Source: Promethearchaeota archaeon
GTDB lineage: Archaea; Asgardarchaeota; Lokiarchaeia; Sigyniarchaeales; SOKP01
DNA: 34,992 nt
Assembly: GCA_048941265.1 (NCBI GenBank)
Contig: JBHLNT010000029.1
Coordinates: 1 to 34,992, forward strand
Reading direction: 5' to 3'
The notes under the pieces were generated by a model. That model was not told the origin of the DNA. It ran no database searches and saw nothing but the letters and a program-made list of their open reading frames with translations. The translations under genes were made by a program, and so were the position numbers. Below, in pieces: positions 8,236 to 17,856 of the stretch; the first letter of the stretch is position 1; every line of letters starts with the position of its first letter.

Positions 8236-9162
8236 ATTACGTCGGAAGATACTTCAAATGTATGTCCGGAATGTGGTAATAATAATTTGATATTAGATAA
8301 TTCACGAGCCGAAATCATATGTAACGACTGCGGATTGGTGTTAACTCAAAAGATCATAGATTCTGGACCCGAATGGAGGGCATTTTCAACAGAGGAAGCT
8401 AATAATAAAGTAAGAGTTGGCGCCCCTACGACTCTTACTTTACATGATAAAGGCTTATCAACTATGATAGGTTGGAAAAATAAAGATGCTTTTGGAAAAT
8501 CTATAAGTCCTAAAATGAAAGCAGAAGTATATAGATTAAGAAAATGGCATGTGAGAACAAGAACTAATAAATCTATTGATCGAAATTTAGCCTATGCTAT
8601 GAATGAATTAGATAGATTTGCATCTCAATTAAATTTATCTAAGGATATAAAAGAATCATCAGCACATATTTATAGAAAAATGGCTAATAAAAATCTTATA
8701 AGAGGACGTTCAATAGAGGCAATGTTAATTGCTTCTATATATGCTGCTTGCAGATTAAATAGTGTTCCTAAAACACTTGATGATTTTATTGAATTTGCTT
8801 CAGTTGATAAAAAAAAGATTGCTCGTTGTTATAGATTGATTATCAATGAACTAAGGATTAGCATAAAAGTCTCTTCTCCTATAAATTTTATACCAAGATT
8901 TTGTGCGGAATTAAATCTTTCTGGTAGTACACAGAATAGGGCAGCAGAAATATTAAAATTAGCTAAAAAATTTCGTATCACCGCAGGAAAAGCACCTACA
9001 GGTCTCGCAGGAGCCGCGTTATACGTTGCTGCTATGCAGGAAGGAGAACGTAGGACACAAAGGGAAATTTCTTTAGCAGCAGGAGTAACTGAGGCTACAA
9101 TCCGTAATCGATACAAAGAACTTATTAATCATTTAAAGATACAAAATGAGATTTTTTCATAA
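8236..9162 (+). CDS. tfb: transcription initiation factor B; probable non-canonical ATT start at 8236
   Basis: Zn ribbon CPECG...CNDCG, GPEWRAF B-reader and two cyclin repeats. The first CxxC lies upstream of the track's TTG at 8287. Confidence 0.95.
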   Translation: MTSEDTSNVCPECGNNNLILDNSRAEIICNDCGLVLTQKIIDSGPEWRAFSTEEANNKVRVGAPTTLTLHDKGLSTMIGWKNKDAFGKSISPKMKAEVYRLRKWHVRTRTNKSIDRNLAYAMNELDRFASQLNLSKDIKESSAHIYRKMANKNLIRGRSIEAMLIASIYAACRLNSVPKTLDDFIEFASVDKKKIARCYRLIINELRISIKVSSPINFIPRFCAELNLSGSTQNRAAEILKLAKKFRITAGKAPTGLAGAALYVAAMQEGERRTQREISLAAGVTEATIRNRYKELINHLKIQNEIFS

Positions 9163-9174
9163 GTAAAAGAAAAT

Positions 9175-9324
9175 TTAACGAACTTTTATTCTTTTAATTA
9201 CATCAGGTCTTTTTTTATATAAAATACGGAATCCACAATGAGAACATTTAATACCTGGAAGCGCACTTAATTCTTTTTTACTTACTTCCTTCCCGCAGTT
9301 TTTTCTAGCGCATACATACTTCAT
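9175..9324 (-). CDS. rpoP: DNA-directed RNA polymerase subunit P (Rpo12), 49 aa
   Basis: Translated by hand: MKYVCARKNCGKEVSKKELSALPGIKCSHCGFRILYKKRPDVIKRIKVR. Too short for the ORF track. Confidence 0.93.
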   Translation of the reverse strand: MKYVCARKNCGKEVSKKELSALPGIKCSHCGFRILYKKRPDVIKRIKVR

Positions 9325-9427
9325 GCTAATATGATATATTTATGATAATTAAAATATTTTTCGGTATTTAGATTAAAATTCAAAATAATTTAATATCTTA
9401 AAAGTAAAATAAAAAAAGATAAATCAA

Positions 9428-10240
9428 TCAAATATATAATGATTTACGTTTTTCATCTGTATCTACGATATTGAATGTATCGAGCTCTTTCTCTAATTTA
9501 TCTCTTTTTTCTTGTAAGTTTTTCGTGATATCATCAATATTTTCCAAAGAATATTTCTTCTTAATTGGTAAGGTGAATGATTTTTTAATCATATCCAAAA
9601 GGGAGATAGATGCCCTTAAATCTGTAATATCCTCATTCACCATAGCAATATTATCTGTTTCTGCGAGTAAAACTAAACCATCAATATTAAAACGAGCTTT
9701 TGCCAATGTAGGAATTAAACCATTAGCACCAATAATGACCCCTTTTAAAATTTTCTCGCATTGATTCTCACTTAAAAATCTTTCTAATATCTCCCGATTT
9801 GTTGAAGTAGCATATATTTTTGGAATTTTTGACTGAAGATTTTGACTGCTTATGGGATATGCTCCTAACGCGATAATTAATCGAATATTACATTGGGCAA
9901 TTATTTCCGTGAGAAAGTTAGAAATTTTATATATACCTTTAGGAGTAAGACTTTGAGCGTCAGCCGTAATTAACATGATATCTCTCTTCTTTTGCGGATC
10001 TTTCCAAATTAAAATCTCAGCCTTTGGAGCTGCTAATATACTATCATCAACAATGGCACCAGCAGGATATTCATCAAAGATAATATCCATATAATTTTTG
10101 GCTTTTAACTGACCAACTAAAGAATCCAAAGCAAACTTTCCAACATCTGCAATCCCGGGCATTCCGATTATACAAATTGCATCAATAAAATCGTTTTTAG
10201 AAAATTTAAGATGTTCAATAATTTTAAACGAATCCATCAT
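9428..10240 (-). CDS. PAC2-family proteasome assembly chaperone
   Basis: GMPGIADVGK, DAQS, IIALGAY, IIGANGL and LLAET motifs. Confidence 0.88.
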   Translation of the reverse strand: MMDSFKIIEHLKFSKNDFIDAICIIGMPGIADVGKFALDSLVGQLKAKNYMDIIFDEYPAGAIVDDSILAAPKAEILIWKDPQKKRDIMLITADAQSLTPKGIYKISNFLTEIIAQCNIRLIIALGAYPISSQNLQSKIPKIYATSTNREILERFLSENQCEKILKGVIIGANGLIPTLAKARFNIDGLVLLAETDNIAMVNEDITDLRASISLLDMIKKSFTLPIKKKYSLENIDDITKNLQEKRDKLEKELDTFNIVDTDEKRKSLYI

Positions 10241-10460
10241 CTTATCTTACATTTTTATAATTAAAATTATATAAAATTAAAATCCATTTTACTACCTATA
10301 AAATGTAATATTATCTAGATAGACTGATAATTTATTGTAATATTAATTCTGAGAGGTATATTTAGATAATATCAAGTATAATTATTTTTGAGATAAATAC
10401 TTACAAATTCGAAATAAATAAAAAAACGATTACATTGAATTAAAGACTATGCTTTGAATA

Positions 10461-11060
10461 ATGACTAAATTAAAATATAAATGTATGAAGTGTGGTACAT
10501 GCTGTTTTGAGATTCCTGGAAGCCCCGGAACAAAAAGAATTCCTTTATATCCTGAAGAAGTTGATGAATTAATAAAAATAGCGAAAAATAATAATTTAAA
10601 CTTCAAGGTTATCGAAGATTTAGTTTTTCCAGATATAATTAATCGGAAGATCTTAGTTTTGACTTATAGAATTATAATTGATAACGAAAATCAATGTTGT
10701 CCTTTTTATAAAAACAGTATTGGCTGTACAATTCAAAATGTTAAACCATTAGCATGTCAAGCATATCCTTTATCCTTAAAACGCATAGATGCTTTTCGGT
10801 TTGAACTTTCTATTGACCCTCTCTGCAATTTTGTGCTAGAAAATTATGAAAACCTTAAAAATATCAATTTGGAAAGATTAAAAGAAATTTTTGAAGAAGA
10901 GTATCCTAAAGCAGAAAAATTTTATAGAAAAAATAAAAATTTACAGCTTGAAATCAGAAGGCTGGAAGCGGAGAAAAAGATAAAGATACCAAAAGAGATA
11001 GAAAAAAATAATTATAATAAGTTTTTAAAAGAATGGGACAGAGAGGAAATTATAGTATGA
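10461..11060 (+). CDS. YkgJ-family cysteine cluster (Fe-S/Zn-chelating) protein
   Basis: CMKCGTCC, CPF, CTIQNVKPLACQAYP motifs. Confidence 0.85.
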   Translation: MTKLKYKCMKCGTCCFEIPGSPGTKRIPLYPEEVDELIKIAKNNNLNFKVIEDLVFPDIINRKILVLTYRIIIDNENQCCPFYKNSIGCTIQNVKPLACQAYPLSLKRIDAFRFELSIDPLCNFVLENYENLKNINLERLKEIFEEEYPKAEKFYRKNKNLQLEIRRLEAEKKIKIPKEIEKNNYNKFLKEWDREEIIV

Positions 11061-11692
11061 AAAAATTTATTTCTCTGCTTTCTGGAGGTTTTGATAGTCC
11101 TGTTGCGGCATATTTTATGACAAAAAGGGGATTTAAACCAATTTATCTCTCTTTTTTAACTTCTGATGATACCAATCATTCAATGCGAAATAAAATAATA
11201 GAGATTATACATAAATTGTCAACGTATACGGATTTTAAAGCTAAATTATATTTAATTAACCATGACCCTAATTTAGAACTCTTCAAAAAAGAATGTGAAA
11301 GAAAATTAACATGCATTTTGTGTAAAAGATTGATGATACGTATCGCCTTTCAAGTTGCAAAGATCGAGAATGCTACTTTTATAGTCACTGGAGATATTTT
11401 AGGAGAACAAGCCAGCCAAACTCTAGGTAATTTATATGTATATAATGATTTGGTTAAAGAATTACCTATACTTCGACCTTTAATAAGTTTTAATAAACAA
11501 GATGTTATGATGATTAATAGAGATATTGGACTATATGAGATATGTTCACAGAAATCAGCTTCTTGCCAATATAATCCTCAATATCCAGAAACTAGAGCTA
11601 AATCAAGAGGAGTTGCGGGAGAAGAATCTAAAATGGATATTAATACTCTCATAATTTCTTCAATTAAAAAGTCAGAAATTTTATTCATTTAA
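11057..11692 (+). CDS. ThiI-like tRNA sulfurtransferase catalytic domain (no THUMP domain)
   Basis: SGGFDSPVA PP-loop, CILCKR, TGDILGEQASQT and RPLI motifs. The likely ATG at 11057 overlaps the upstream stop (ATGA). Confidence 0.82.
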   Translation: MKKFISLLSGGFDSPVAAYFMTKRGFKPIYLSFLTSDDTNHSMRNKIIEIIHKLSTYTDFKAKLYLINHDPNLELFKKECERKLTCILCKRLMIRIAFQVAKIENATFIVTGDILGEQASQTLGNLYVYNDLVKELPILRPLISFNKQDVMMINRDIGLYEICSQKSASCQYNPQYPETRAKSRGVAGEESKMDINTLIISSIKKSEILFI

Positions 11693-12079
11693 TTTTAACT
11701 CCTTGATAAATGCTGTAAAGTTCATATCATCTAATTCTTTTTCCTTAAAATTGTTCAAGGCGTCAGACAGGGTCTGAGCAATAAGATGTTTACAAACAAC
11801 TTTTTTTCTTTTTACAACTACTCTTTTATAAAAATCTATGCAACTACAATATATTTTTGGATAAATTAAATATTCATCATTCTCACCGATCGCAGTCCAC
11901 ATAATTCTGTTAGATGGCTTAAAAATATATTTAGTAACACCTCTTTTTAAAGCTTGCAGGATCTCTGAAGATTTATTTGGATAGATTGACTCTAAATAAT
12001 TCACAAATTCATCATCAATTTCTCCTTTTGCTTTAATTTTCGAGTATATTTCTGATAATAAATCTTTTGACGATTGCAT
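11681..12079 (-). CDS. SWIM zinc-finger protein
   Basis: YCSCIDF...CKHL motif. Confidence 0.85.
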   Translation of the reverse strand: MQSSKDLLSEIYSKIKAKGEIDDEFVNYLESIYPNKSSEILQALKRGVTKYIFKPSNRIMWTAIGENDEYLIYPKIYCSCIDFYKRVVVKRKKVVCKHLIAQTLSDALNNFKEKELDDMNFTAFIKELKLNE

Positions 12080-12122
12080 TCAATTATAATATTATAATAG
12101 ATAAATAAAAAGGATCATTAAT

Positions 12123-13418
12123 TTGAAAAAAATTTTATTTCTCCCAACACGATATTTTCCTTCAATTTCAGGAGCAGAATTTTATTTACAAAGGATGGCC
12201 GAATTATTATCTTCTAAATATTCTTATCATATTGATATTTTTACTTCAAATGCAATTGATTTTAAAGCTTTAAGAAGCATGAAGGGAAAATCAATAAAAA
12301 AAGAAGATAAATTTTTCAAATATGTAAATAATTTAAAAATAAATAGGTTTCCTATAGAAGAAAAAGGATCATTACAAGAAAAAATGGCATATATTAAAGA
12401 TATTCCTGAGTATCGATTATTAAAATTGTCTGATGAGAGTTTAACATTGTTTTTAAAAAATGGCCCATATTTACATGATCTAATTGAATATTTTTTAGCT
12501 TTAAAAGATAATAATTATTATTTAGCTCATGCTGTTTTTTTCCCTTATTTTAACCTTATCATCACCTTGATTGCTGGAAAGATTTTTAAAATCCCTACGA
12601 TTTGTACTCCATTTTTCCATTTTTCAAATCCTAGATATTTGAATGATAAATTAATGGAAGTTTTAAGAAAATTTGATTTTTTAATAGCGTGTACTAATCT
12701 TGAAAAGGAGTTTTTAATAAAATATTGTAAAGTTAGCAGAGAAAATGTTGCGGTTATCCCTATGGGAGTAGATATGGAAAAATTTGTATCAGCAAATAAA
12801 CCTAAATCAACTAGTTACAAATTTAAAGAAAAATTTTTCCAAAAAAAAGAGAAAAAGTATAAAATGGTATTATTCTGCGGTTATAAGAATTATGAGAAAG
12901 GAGCTATTTCTCTTTTAAAATCAATTCCAATGATTCTACAAAAAATAAAAAAAGTTTATTTTGTTTTTATAGGACCTTCAACTCTTGCATATAATCGAGA
13001 ATTATCTAAAATCTCAAAAATTAAAAATTCAAGGATTATTAATTTTACTCCCGATAATTTGACAGGTTATTATGATAAAAAAAAGTTAGCAGCATTTAAA
13101 GAAACAGATGTATTTTGTATGCCAAGTAGAAGTGATGCTTTTGGGATAGCCTTTTTAGAAGCATGGGCTGCGGGGAAACCAGTAGTCGGTGCTAACATAG
13201 GTGCTACACCTGAGGTTATAAATAATAATTTTGATGGTTATTTAGTCGATTTTGATAATCCCCGGGATATAGCTGAAAAAATAGTAAAGTTATTGAAAAA
13301 AAAGAAAATAAGAAAAAAATTTGGCTCTGAGGGTAATAAAAAAGTCGCACAACATTATTCGTGGGGATATATTGCAGAGCAAACTCATATAATATATCAA
13401 AAATTAATGAACAATTAG
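12123..13418 (+). CDS. glycosyltransferase family 4
   Basis: GAEFY, IPMGVD, EKG and PSRSDAFGIAFLEAWAAGKPVV motifs. Confidence 0.9.
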   Translation: MKKILFLPTRYFPSISGAEFYLQRMAELLSSKYSYHIDIFTSNAIDFKALRSMKGKSIKKEDKFFKYVNNLKINRFPIEEKGSLQEKMAYIKDIPEYRLLKLSDESLTLFLKNGPYLHDLIEYFLALKDNNYYLAHAVFFPYFNLIITLIAGKIFKIPTICTPFFHFSNPRYLNDKLMEVLRKFDFLIACTNLEKEFLIKYCKVSRENVAVIPMGVDMEKFVSANKPKSTSYKFKEKFFQKKEKKYKMVLFCGYKNYEKGAISLLKSIPMILQKIKKVYFVFIGPSTLAYNRELSKISKIKNSRIINFTPDNLTGYYDKKKLAAFKETDVFCMPSRSDAFGIAFLEAWAAGKPVVGANIGATPEVINNNFDGYLVDFDNPRDIAEKIVKLLKKKKIRKKFGSEGNKKVAQHYSWGYIAEQTHIIYQKLMNN

Positions 13419-13440
13419 AAAAGATATTTGTGAAAAAAAA

Positions 13441-14673
13441 ATGAAAATCTTGTCAGGGAATCCTTACCTAAAAATAAATAAAAAGAAAATCATGGTAGAC
13501 TTAATTCCTTTTGATGAAATACTAAAATTATCCAAAACTCCTATATTGATCTTTTTAGAAAATAAAATACGGGACAATATCATTTCATTTAAGAATATAT
13601 TTGGAGAAATCTTCGAAAATTTTGAAGCATTTTATTCATTTAAAGCAAATTTTCTTCCTGAGATATGTAAAATTATATGTTCGGAGAGAATTGGTGCTGA
13701 AATCATCGGATTACCAGAACTACAACTAGCATTACGGCTTGGTTTTCCTGTAGATAAAATCTTAATTGGAGGGCCATATCTACCAAATGAGCTTATAGAA
13801 GAAAGTGTAAAAAATAGGGTAAGAGAAATAATCGTATATAGTTTAAATGATTTAGATAAAATTGATTCTATTGCAAAAAAAAGAGATAATGTCCAGAACA
13901 TTTGTTTAAGAATTAACTCTCAGAAATATGAGAGTAAATTAGGAATTAATTTAGATGATAAAACTATTCTACACTTGAGTAAGAAAATCGAAAAATTACA
14001 AAATATCAATATTGTCTCAATTTTATCTCATTATGCAACTCAAATGAACAATATGGAACTGTTCATTAAAAATACAAGTGTTTTGGGATCAGCTTTTAAA
14101 AAATTAACTGACATTGGTATTAAGATCAAAAATATAAATCTCGGAGGAGGATTTCCAGAAGCAACTATAATGCCTGAAAAACAATTAATAAAGGTTGCGA
14201 ATGGATTAAAAACAACTATTGAAAATTTTAATATAGATTATGAAAAAATCTATTTTGAGCCCGGTAGATATTTTATTGGAGATTCTGGATTATTTATTAC
14301 TGAAACTATTAGTGTTGTTAAAGATAGATGGATTTTTTTAAACATTGGAAATCACATATGCCCTAAATTTGCCAGATGTTCTCTAAGATTTTATAATGCT
14401 AGTCAAATTGATGAACCTCACAAATTTAAAACTTCTATTGCCGGGATTCTCCCTACAGATCAAGATGTTTTAGTAAAAGATTACTTTTTCACAGAACATC
14501 TACACGTAGGTGATAAAGTTATTGTTACAAACGTAGGGGCCTATATTCTTACATTTTCTAATCGTTTTCCATATTCTTTACCAACTATCTTTCTTGTCAA
14601 GAATAGCGATATTAAAAAAATTTTTAATGCCTCTATAGATCATGATATTTCTCTCTATTACATGAAATCTTGA
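13441..14673 (+). CDS. PLP-dependent group IV decarboxylase (LysA/ornithine decarboxylase-like)
   Basis: YSFKAN (PLP Lys), SKLG, NLGGGF, FEPGRY and VGAY motifs. Confidence 0.8.
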   Translation: MKILSGNPYLKINKKKIMVDLIPFDEILKLSKTPILIFLENKIRDNIISFKNIFGEIFENFEAFYSFKANFLPEICKIICSERIGAEIIGLPELQLALRLGFPVDKILIGGPYLPNELIEESVKNRVREIIVYSLNDLDKIDSIAKKRDNVQNICLRINSQKYESKLGINLDDKTILHLSKKIEKLQNINIVSILSHYATQMNNMELFIKNTSVLGSAFKKLTDIGIKIKNINLGGGFPEATIMPEKQLIKVANGLKTTIENFNIDYEKIYFEPGRYFIGDSGLFITETISVVKDRWIFLNIGNHICPKFARCSLRFYNASQIDEPHKFKTSIAGILPTDQDVLVKDYFFTEHLHVGDKVIVTNVGAYILTFSNRFPYSLPTIFLVKNSDIKKIFNASIDHDISLYYMKS

Positions 14674-14839
14674 AGAAATTATCCGCTTTGATTGAATTTT
14701 TATCATACATTTTAGATTTATGTAGAGAAGGTCTCCCAATAACATGTGGAGTATCATCTGTATATTATATAAATTCTAATCTTTTTTTAAAATCTATTTC
14801 TCTATCCTTAAAAGAAATAAATAATGTGAAAAATAAAAA

Positions 14840-15946
14840 ATGGAATCGTTTATCAGAAATGCTAAAAAAAGGAATACAATTCAATCTAGAGAAGAAAAAG
14901 TAGGATATGCGAATATTAAAATAGTGGGTTGTGGTGGAGCAGGAAATAATACTGTTGATAGATTAATGAAGATCGGTATTAGGGGTGCTAATTGCGTTGC
15001 AATAAATACCGATCGTCAACATCTTGATATGAGAGATGCGCACATAAAGATTTTAATAGGAAAAAATTTAACAAGAGGTTTAGGAGCGGGAGGTAATCCT
15101 GAGATAGGAAAAGCAGCAGCAGAAGAGTCTAGAGAAGATTTAACCAAAATATTAAGGGATTCAGATTTAGTTTTTATCACCTGTGGTGAAGGTGGAGGAA
15201 CCGGAACAGGAAGCGCACCAATAGTAGCGGAAATAGCAAAACTTGAAGGAGCAATTGTCGTTGGAGTGGTGACGATCCCTTTCAATACAGAGATTGGGCG
15301 CATTGAAAAGGCCAAAGAGGGATTAAACCTTTTAAAACAGTATGCAGATACATTAGTCGTAATTGATAACAATCGATTATTAGAAATTGCTCCAAACTTG
15401 CCAATCATCGAAGCATTCAGTGTTGCAGATGAAGTTTTAGCAAGTATGGTTAAAGGGATTACCGAAACTATTTCCCTTCCATCGTTAATTAATTTAGATT
15501 TTGCAGATGTGCGAACTATTTTAAGTACTGGAGGGGTAGCTATTGTTGGCGTTGGAGAATCAAATGGAAAAGAAAATCGTGTAGAAGAGGCAATTAATGA
15601 TGCTCTAAACTTACCCTTATTGGATGTAACTATTGATGGTGCTAAAGGTGCGTTAATTCATGTATGTGGTGGAAATGACATGACACTTGCCGAGGCTAAC
15701 TCAGTTGCGCAGAAAATTTATGATAAAATGGACATAAATGATTCTATGGTGATTTGGGGCGCAAGAGTATCTGATGAATTTAATGGCTATCTAAGAGTGA
15801 TGCTATTAATAACTGGCATAACATCGCCCCAAATATTTGGAAAATCTCCCTCGAATGATCAATTAACTTATCAATCAAAGCTAGGCAAATCAAAGCTAGC
15901 ATTAAGTGATGATATTTTTAATATTGGTGAAATCTCCTTTGAATAA
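14840..15946 (+). CDS. ftsZ: cell division protein FtsZ
   Basis: GCGGAGNN, TRGLGAGG, GGGTGTG and INLDFADV motifs. Confidence 0.97.
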   Translation: MESFIRNAKKRNTIQSREEKVGYANIKIVGCGGAGNNTVDRLMKIGIRGANCVAINTDRQHLDMRDAHIKILIGKNLTRGLGAGGNPEIGKAAAEESREDLTKILRDSDLVFITCGEGGGTGTGSAPIVAEIAKLEGAIVVGVVTIPFNTEIGRIEKAKEGLNLLKQYADTLVVIDNNRLLEIAPNLPIIEAFSVADEVLASMVKGITETISLPSLINLDFADVRTILSTGGVAIVGVGESNGKENRVEEAINDALNLPLLDVTIDGAKGALIHVCGGNDMTLAEANSVAQKIYDKMDINDSMVIWGARVSDEFNGYLRVMLLITGITSPQIFGKSPSNDQLTYQSKLGKSKLALSDDIFNIGEISFE

Positions 15947-15993
15947 ACGAAAATTTTTGACCTTTTAATAATCCTTTTTTCAATTACACATAT

Positions 15994-16362
15994 ATGGAAA
16001 ACAAGTATTTGCCAATAATTGAAACAGAAATTGAGAATTTATTAACAAAAATAGATACATTTAACTAGTTTTTTTCTATAAACGTTGAATATTACATTGA
16101 TGGATGGGCTATATTTCTAAATGAAAAAAGTATGTATGCTCGAAGGATTGTACTTTTTAAATCATATTATGACGATTTATTTTCTATTAAAAACTTTGAA
16201 GTTAATTTGAACAATAGTCAAAAAGAACAGAACAATGAGCTCTATTCCATCTTAAACCTTGATACTATAGATAAAGTAATAAAAGAATTAAAAGAAATCA
16301 TTTATGGTAAGGACATTATGAGATATACTTCAGAAAAGTATTTTAATAAGGTTTTCAAATAG
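15994..16362 (+). pseudogene. 122-codon hypothetical ORF interrupted by an in-frame TAG at 16066-16068 (pseudogene, read error or readthrough)
   Basis: ATG at 15994 is in frame with track ORF 16132-16362: MENKYLPIIETEIENLLTKIDTFN*FFSINVEYYIDGWAIFLNEKSMYARR... Confidence 0.55.
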
Positions 16363-16365
16363 GAA

Positions 16366-16923
16366 TTAAAATTCAGGTTTGTATAATTTGCGAAATTCTT
16401 CTTTTTTCTTTTGATTATACTTATTTTCCAAAAATTTCAATACAACATGATGTGGCATACCATTAATCAGCATGCTCACCGCTTTTCTTGCGACTTGCAA
16501 GTTTTCAAAATCTGCGATAATCGATATGGTTTTTCCATACACAGAAATAAACGATTCTGCATACTTCTCAATTGCCTTACGCATTTCTCCATTTCGACCA
16601 ATAACTCGTCCTTTTACATGTTTAATCCTCTTATCAGATTTCCCTAAAATAGATATAAGATTAAAAATCTCAAGATCATATGTCTCCTCCAATAGTCTCA
16701 AGGCTTTATTTGGATTAAATCCTCTATTTATTGCATTCATAATTTTTTGAGCTATAAAAACATTTAGAGGATTGGAGTTTTGACTGTTTCGATCAGGCAA
16801 AATTTCGCATTCGCCGGTTTTACTGTCTAAATTAATTTTTACTCCTAATATGTTTTCAATATTCCTTTTTGTCTCTCCTTCTTTTCCAATTACTACTGCA
16901 ATGCGTGCTTTAGAAATCTTCAT
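16366..16923 (-). CDS. KH-domain RNA-processing protein (Dim2/Pno1 family)
   Basis: Two KH motifs (VIGKEG, GRVIGRNG) and adjacency to RIO1. Confidence 0.9.
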   Translation of the reverse strand: MKISKARIAVVIGKEGETKRNIENILGVKINLDSKTGECEILPDRNSQNSNPLNVFIAQKIMNAINRGFNPNKALRLLEETYDLEIFNLISILGKSDKRIKHVKGRVIGRNGEMRKAIEKYAESFISVYGKTISIIADFENLQVARKAVSMLINGMPHHVVLKFLENKYNQKKKEEFRKLYKPEF

Positions 16924-16971
16924 AGGCTTAAACTACATTATTTGTATATCCATTAATAATTATTCATTTTT

Positions 16972-17820
16972 TTATTTAACCAAATCTATGACATCGTAGT
17001 AAAATGTTTTTGGATCCAGATTCGAAATTCCTTGTTTTTCAAAATAATTAAAAACATTTTTGATATCTCTTGTTAAATAAACCTCTGCTTTAGGATGTTC
17101 AGTAGAAACTGCTTGAGAAATGTCAATTACGACAGGCTTTTGGTTATGATATAAAATATTAAATTCTGAAAGATCTCCATGCACTAATCTCGCTTTTTGA
17201 TATAAAACTTTGATGAAATGCAATATCTCATTGAATATCTCCTCAAGATTGATAGGATCTTTTATATCCTTTAACAAGGGGGCAGGTATAGCTCCAAATC
17301 CTATATATTCCATCAATAAAATATTATTTTTAATATATATTGGTCTTGGTACTCTTAAATCTGCTTTATATGCTCTTTTAAGGTTCTTAAATTCTTTACT
17401 GGCCCATAAAAATATGATCTTTGAAACATTATGAGGAATTTTCTTAAACCTTGGATCTCCAATAATATAGTTTCTCATCCATTTTGAAGTGTTACTATCA
17501 ATTTTATAAATTTTTATGGCAACTTCTTTATCATTATGATCGTAGGCGAGATAGATATTTGCCTCTTTACCAGCTGAAATTACACCCTCGATTCTCTCCA
17601 AAGGACCACTTGTTAATAATTTATTTAATGTAAAAACTGTGCGCTCATCAAACACAGATTCTATTACCGCTCTTTTTTTCGATTGATCAATCTTTTTAAT
17701 TCTTTTTGAATCAATACTTTTCTTCTCTAGCTCATCTATGCTTAAATTGATCTTATCATCTAATGTGTTATCCAAATCCTCTTCAAAGTCCTCCTCTGGC
17801 TTATCGTTGTTTTTTACCAC
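16972..17820 (-). CDS. rio1: RIO1 serine kinase
   Basis: ISAGKEANIY, AIKIYK, LVHGDLSEFNIL and IDISQAV motifs. Confidence 0.93.
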   Translation of the reverse strand: MVKNNDKPEEDFEEDLDNTLDDKINLSIDELEKKSIDSKRIKKIDQSKKRAVIESVFDERTVFTLNKLLTSGPLERIEGVISAGKEANIYLAYDHNDKEVAIKIYKIDSNTSKWMRNYIIGDPRFKKIPHNVSKIIFLWASKEFKNLKRAYKADLRVPRPIYIKNNILLMEYIGFGAIPAPLLKDIKDPINLEEIFNEILHFIKVLYQKARLVHGDLSEFNILYHNQKPVVIDISQAVSTEHPKAEVYLTRDIKNVFNYFEKQGISNLDPKTFYYDVIDLVK

Positions 17821-17856
17821 TAATTAACCCTCTATGCTTTTTTACTAGTAATTCTT

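Noticed and set aside
14670-14903. 77-aa ORF between the decarboxylase and ftsZ
   Set aside because: TTG start, no motif, and it overlaps the ftsZ start in another frame; likely spurious, though not excluded.
15873-15900. Direct repeat ATCAAAGCTAG x2 in the ftsZ 3' end
   Set aside because: A short coding duplication in a variable linker (SKLGKSKLA); not an array.
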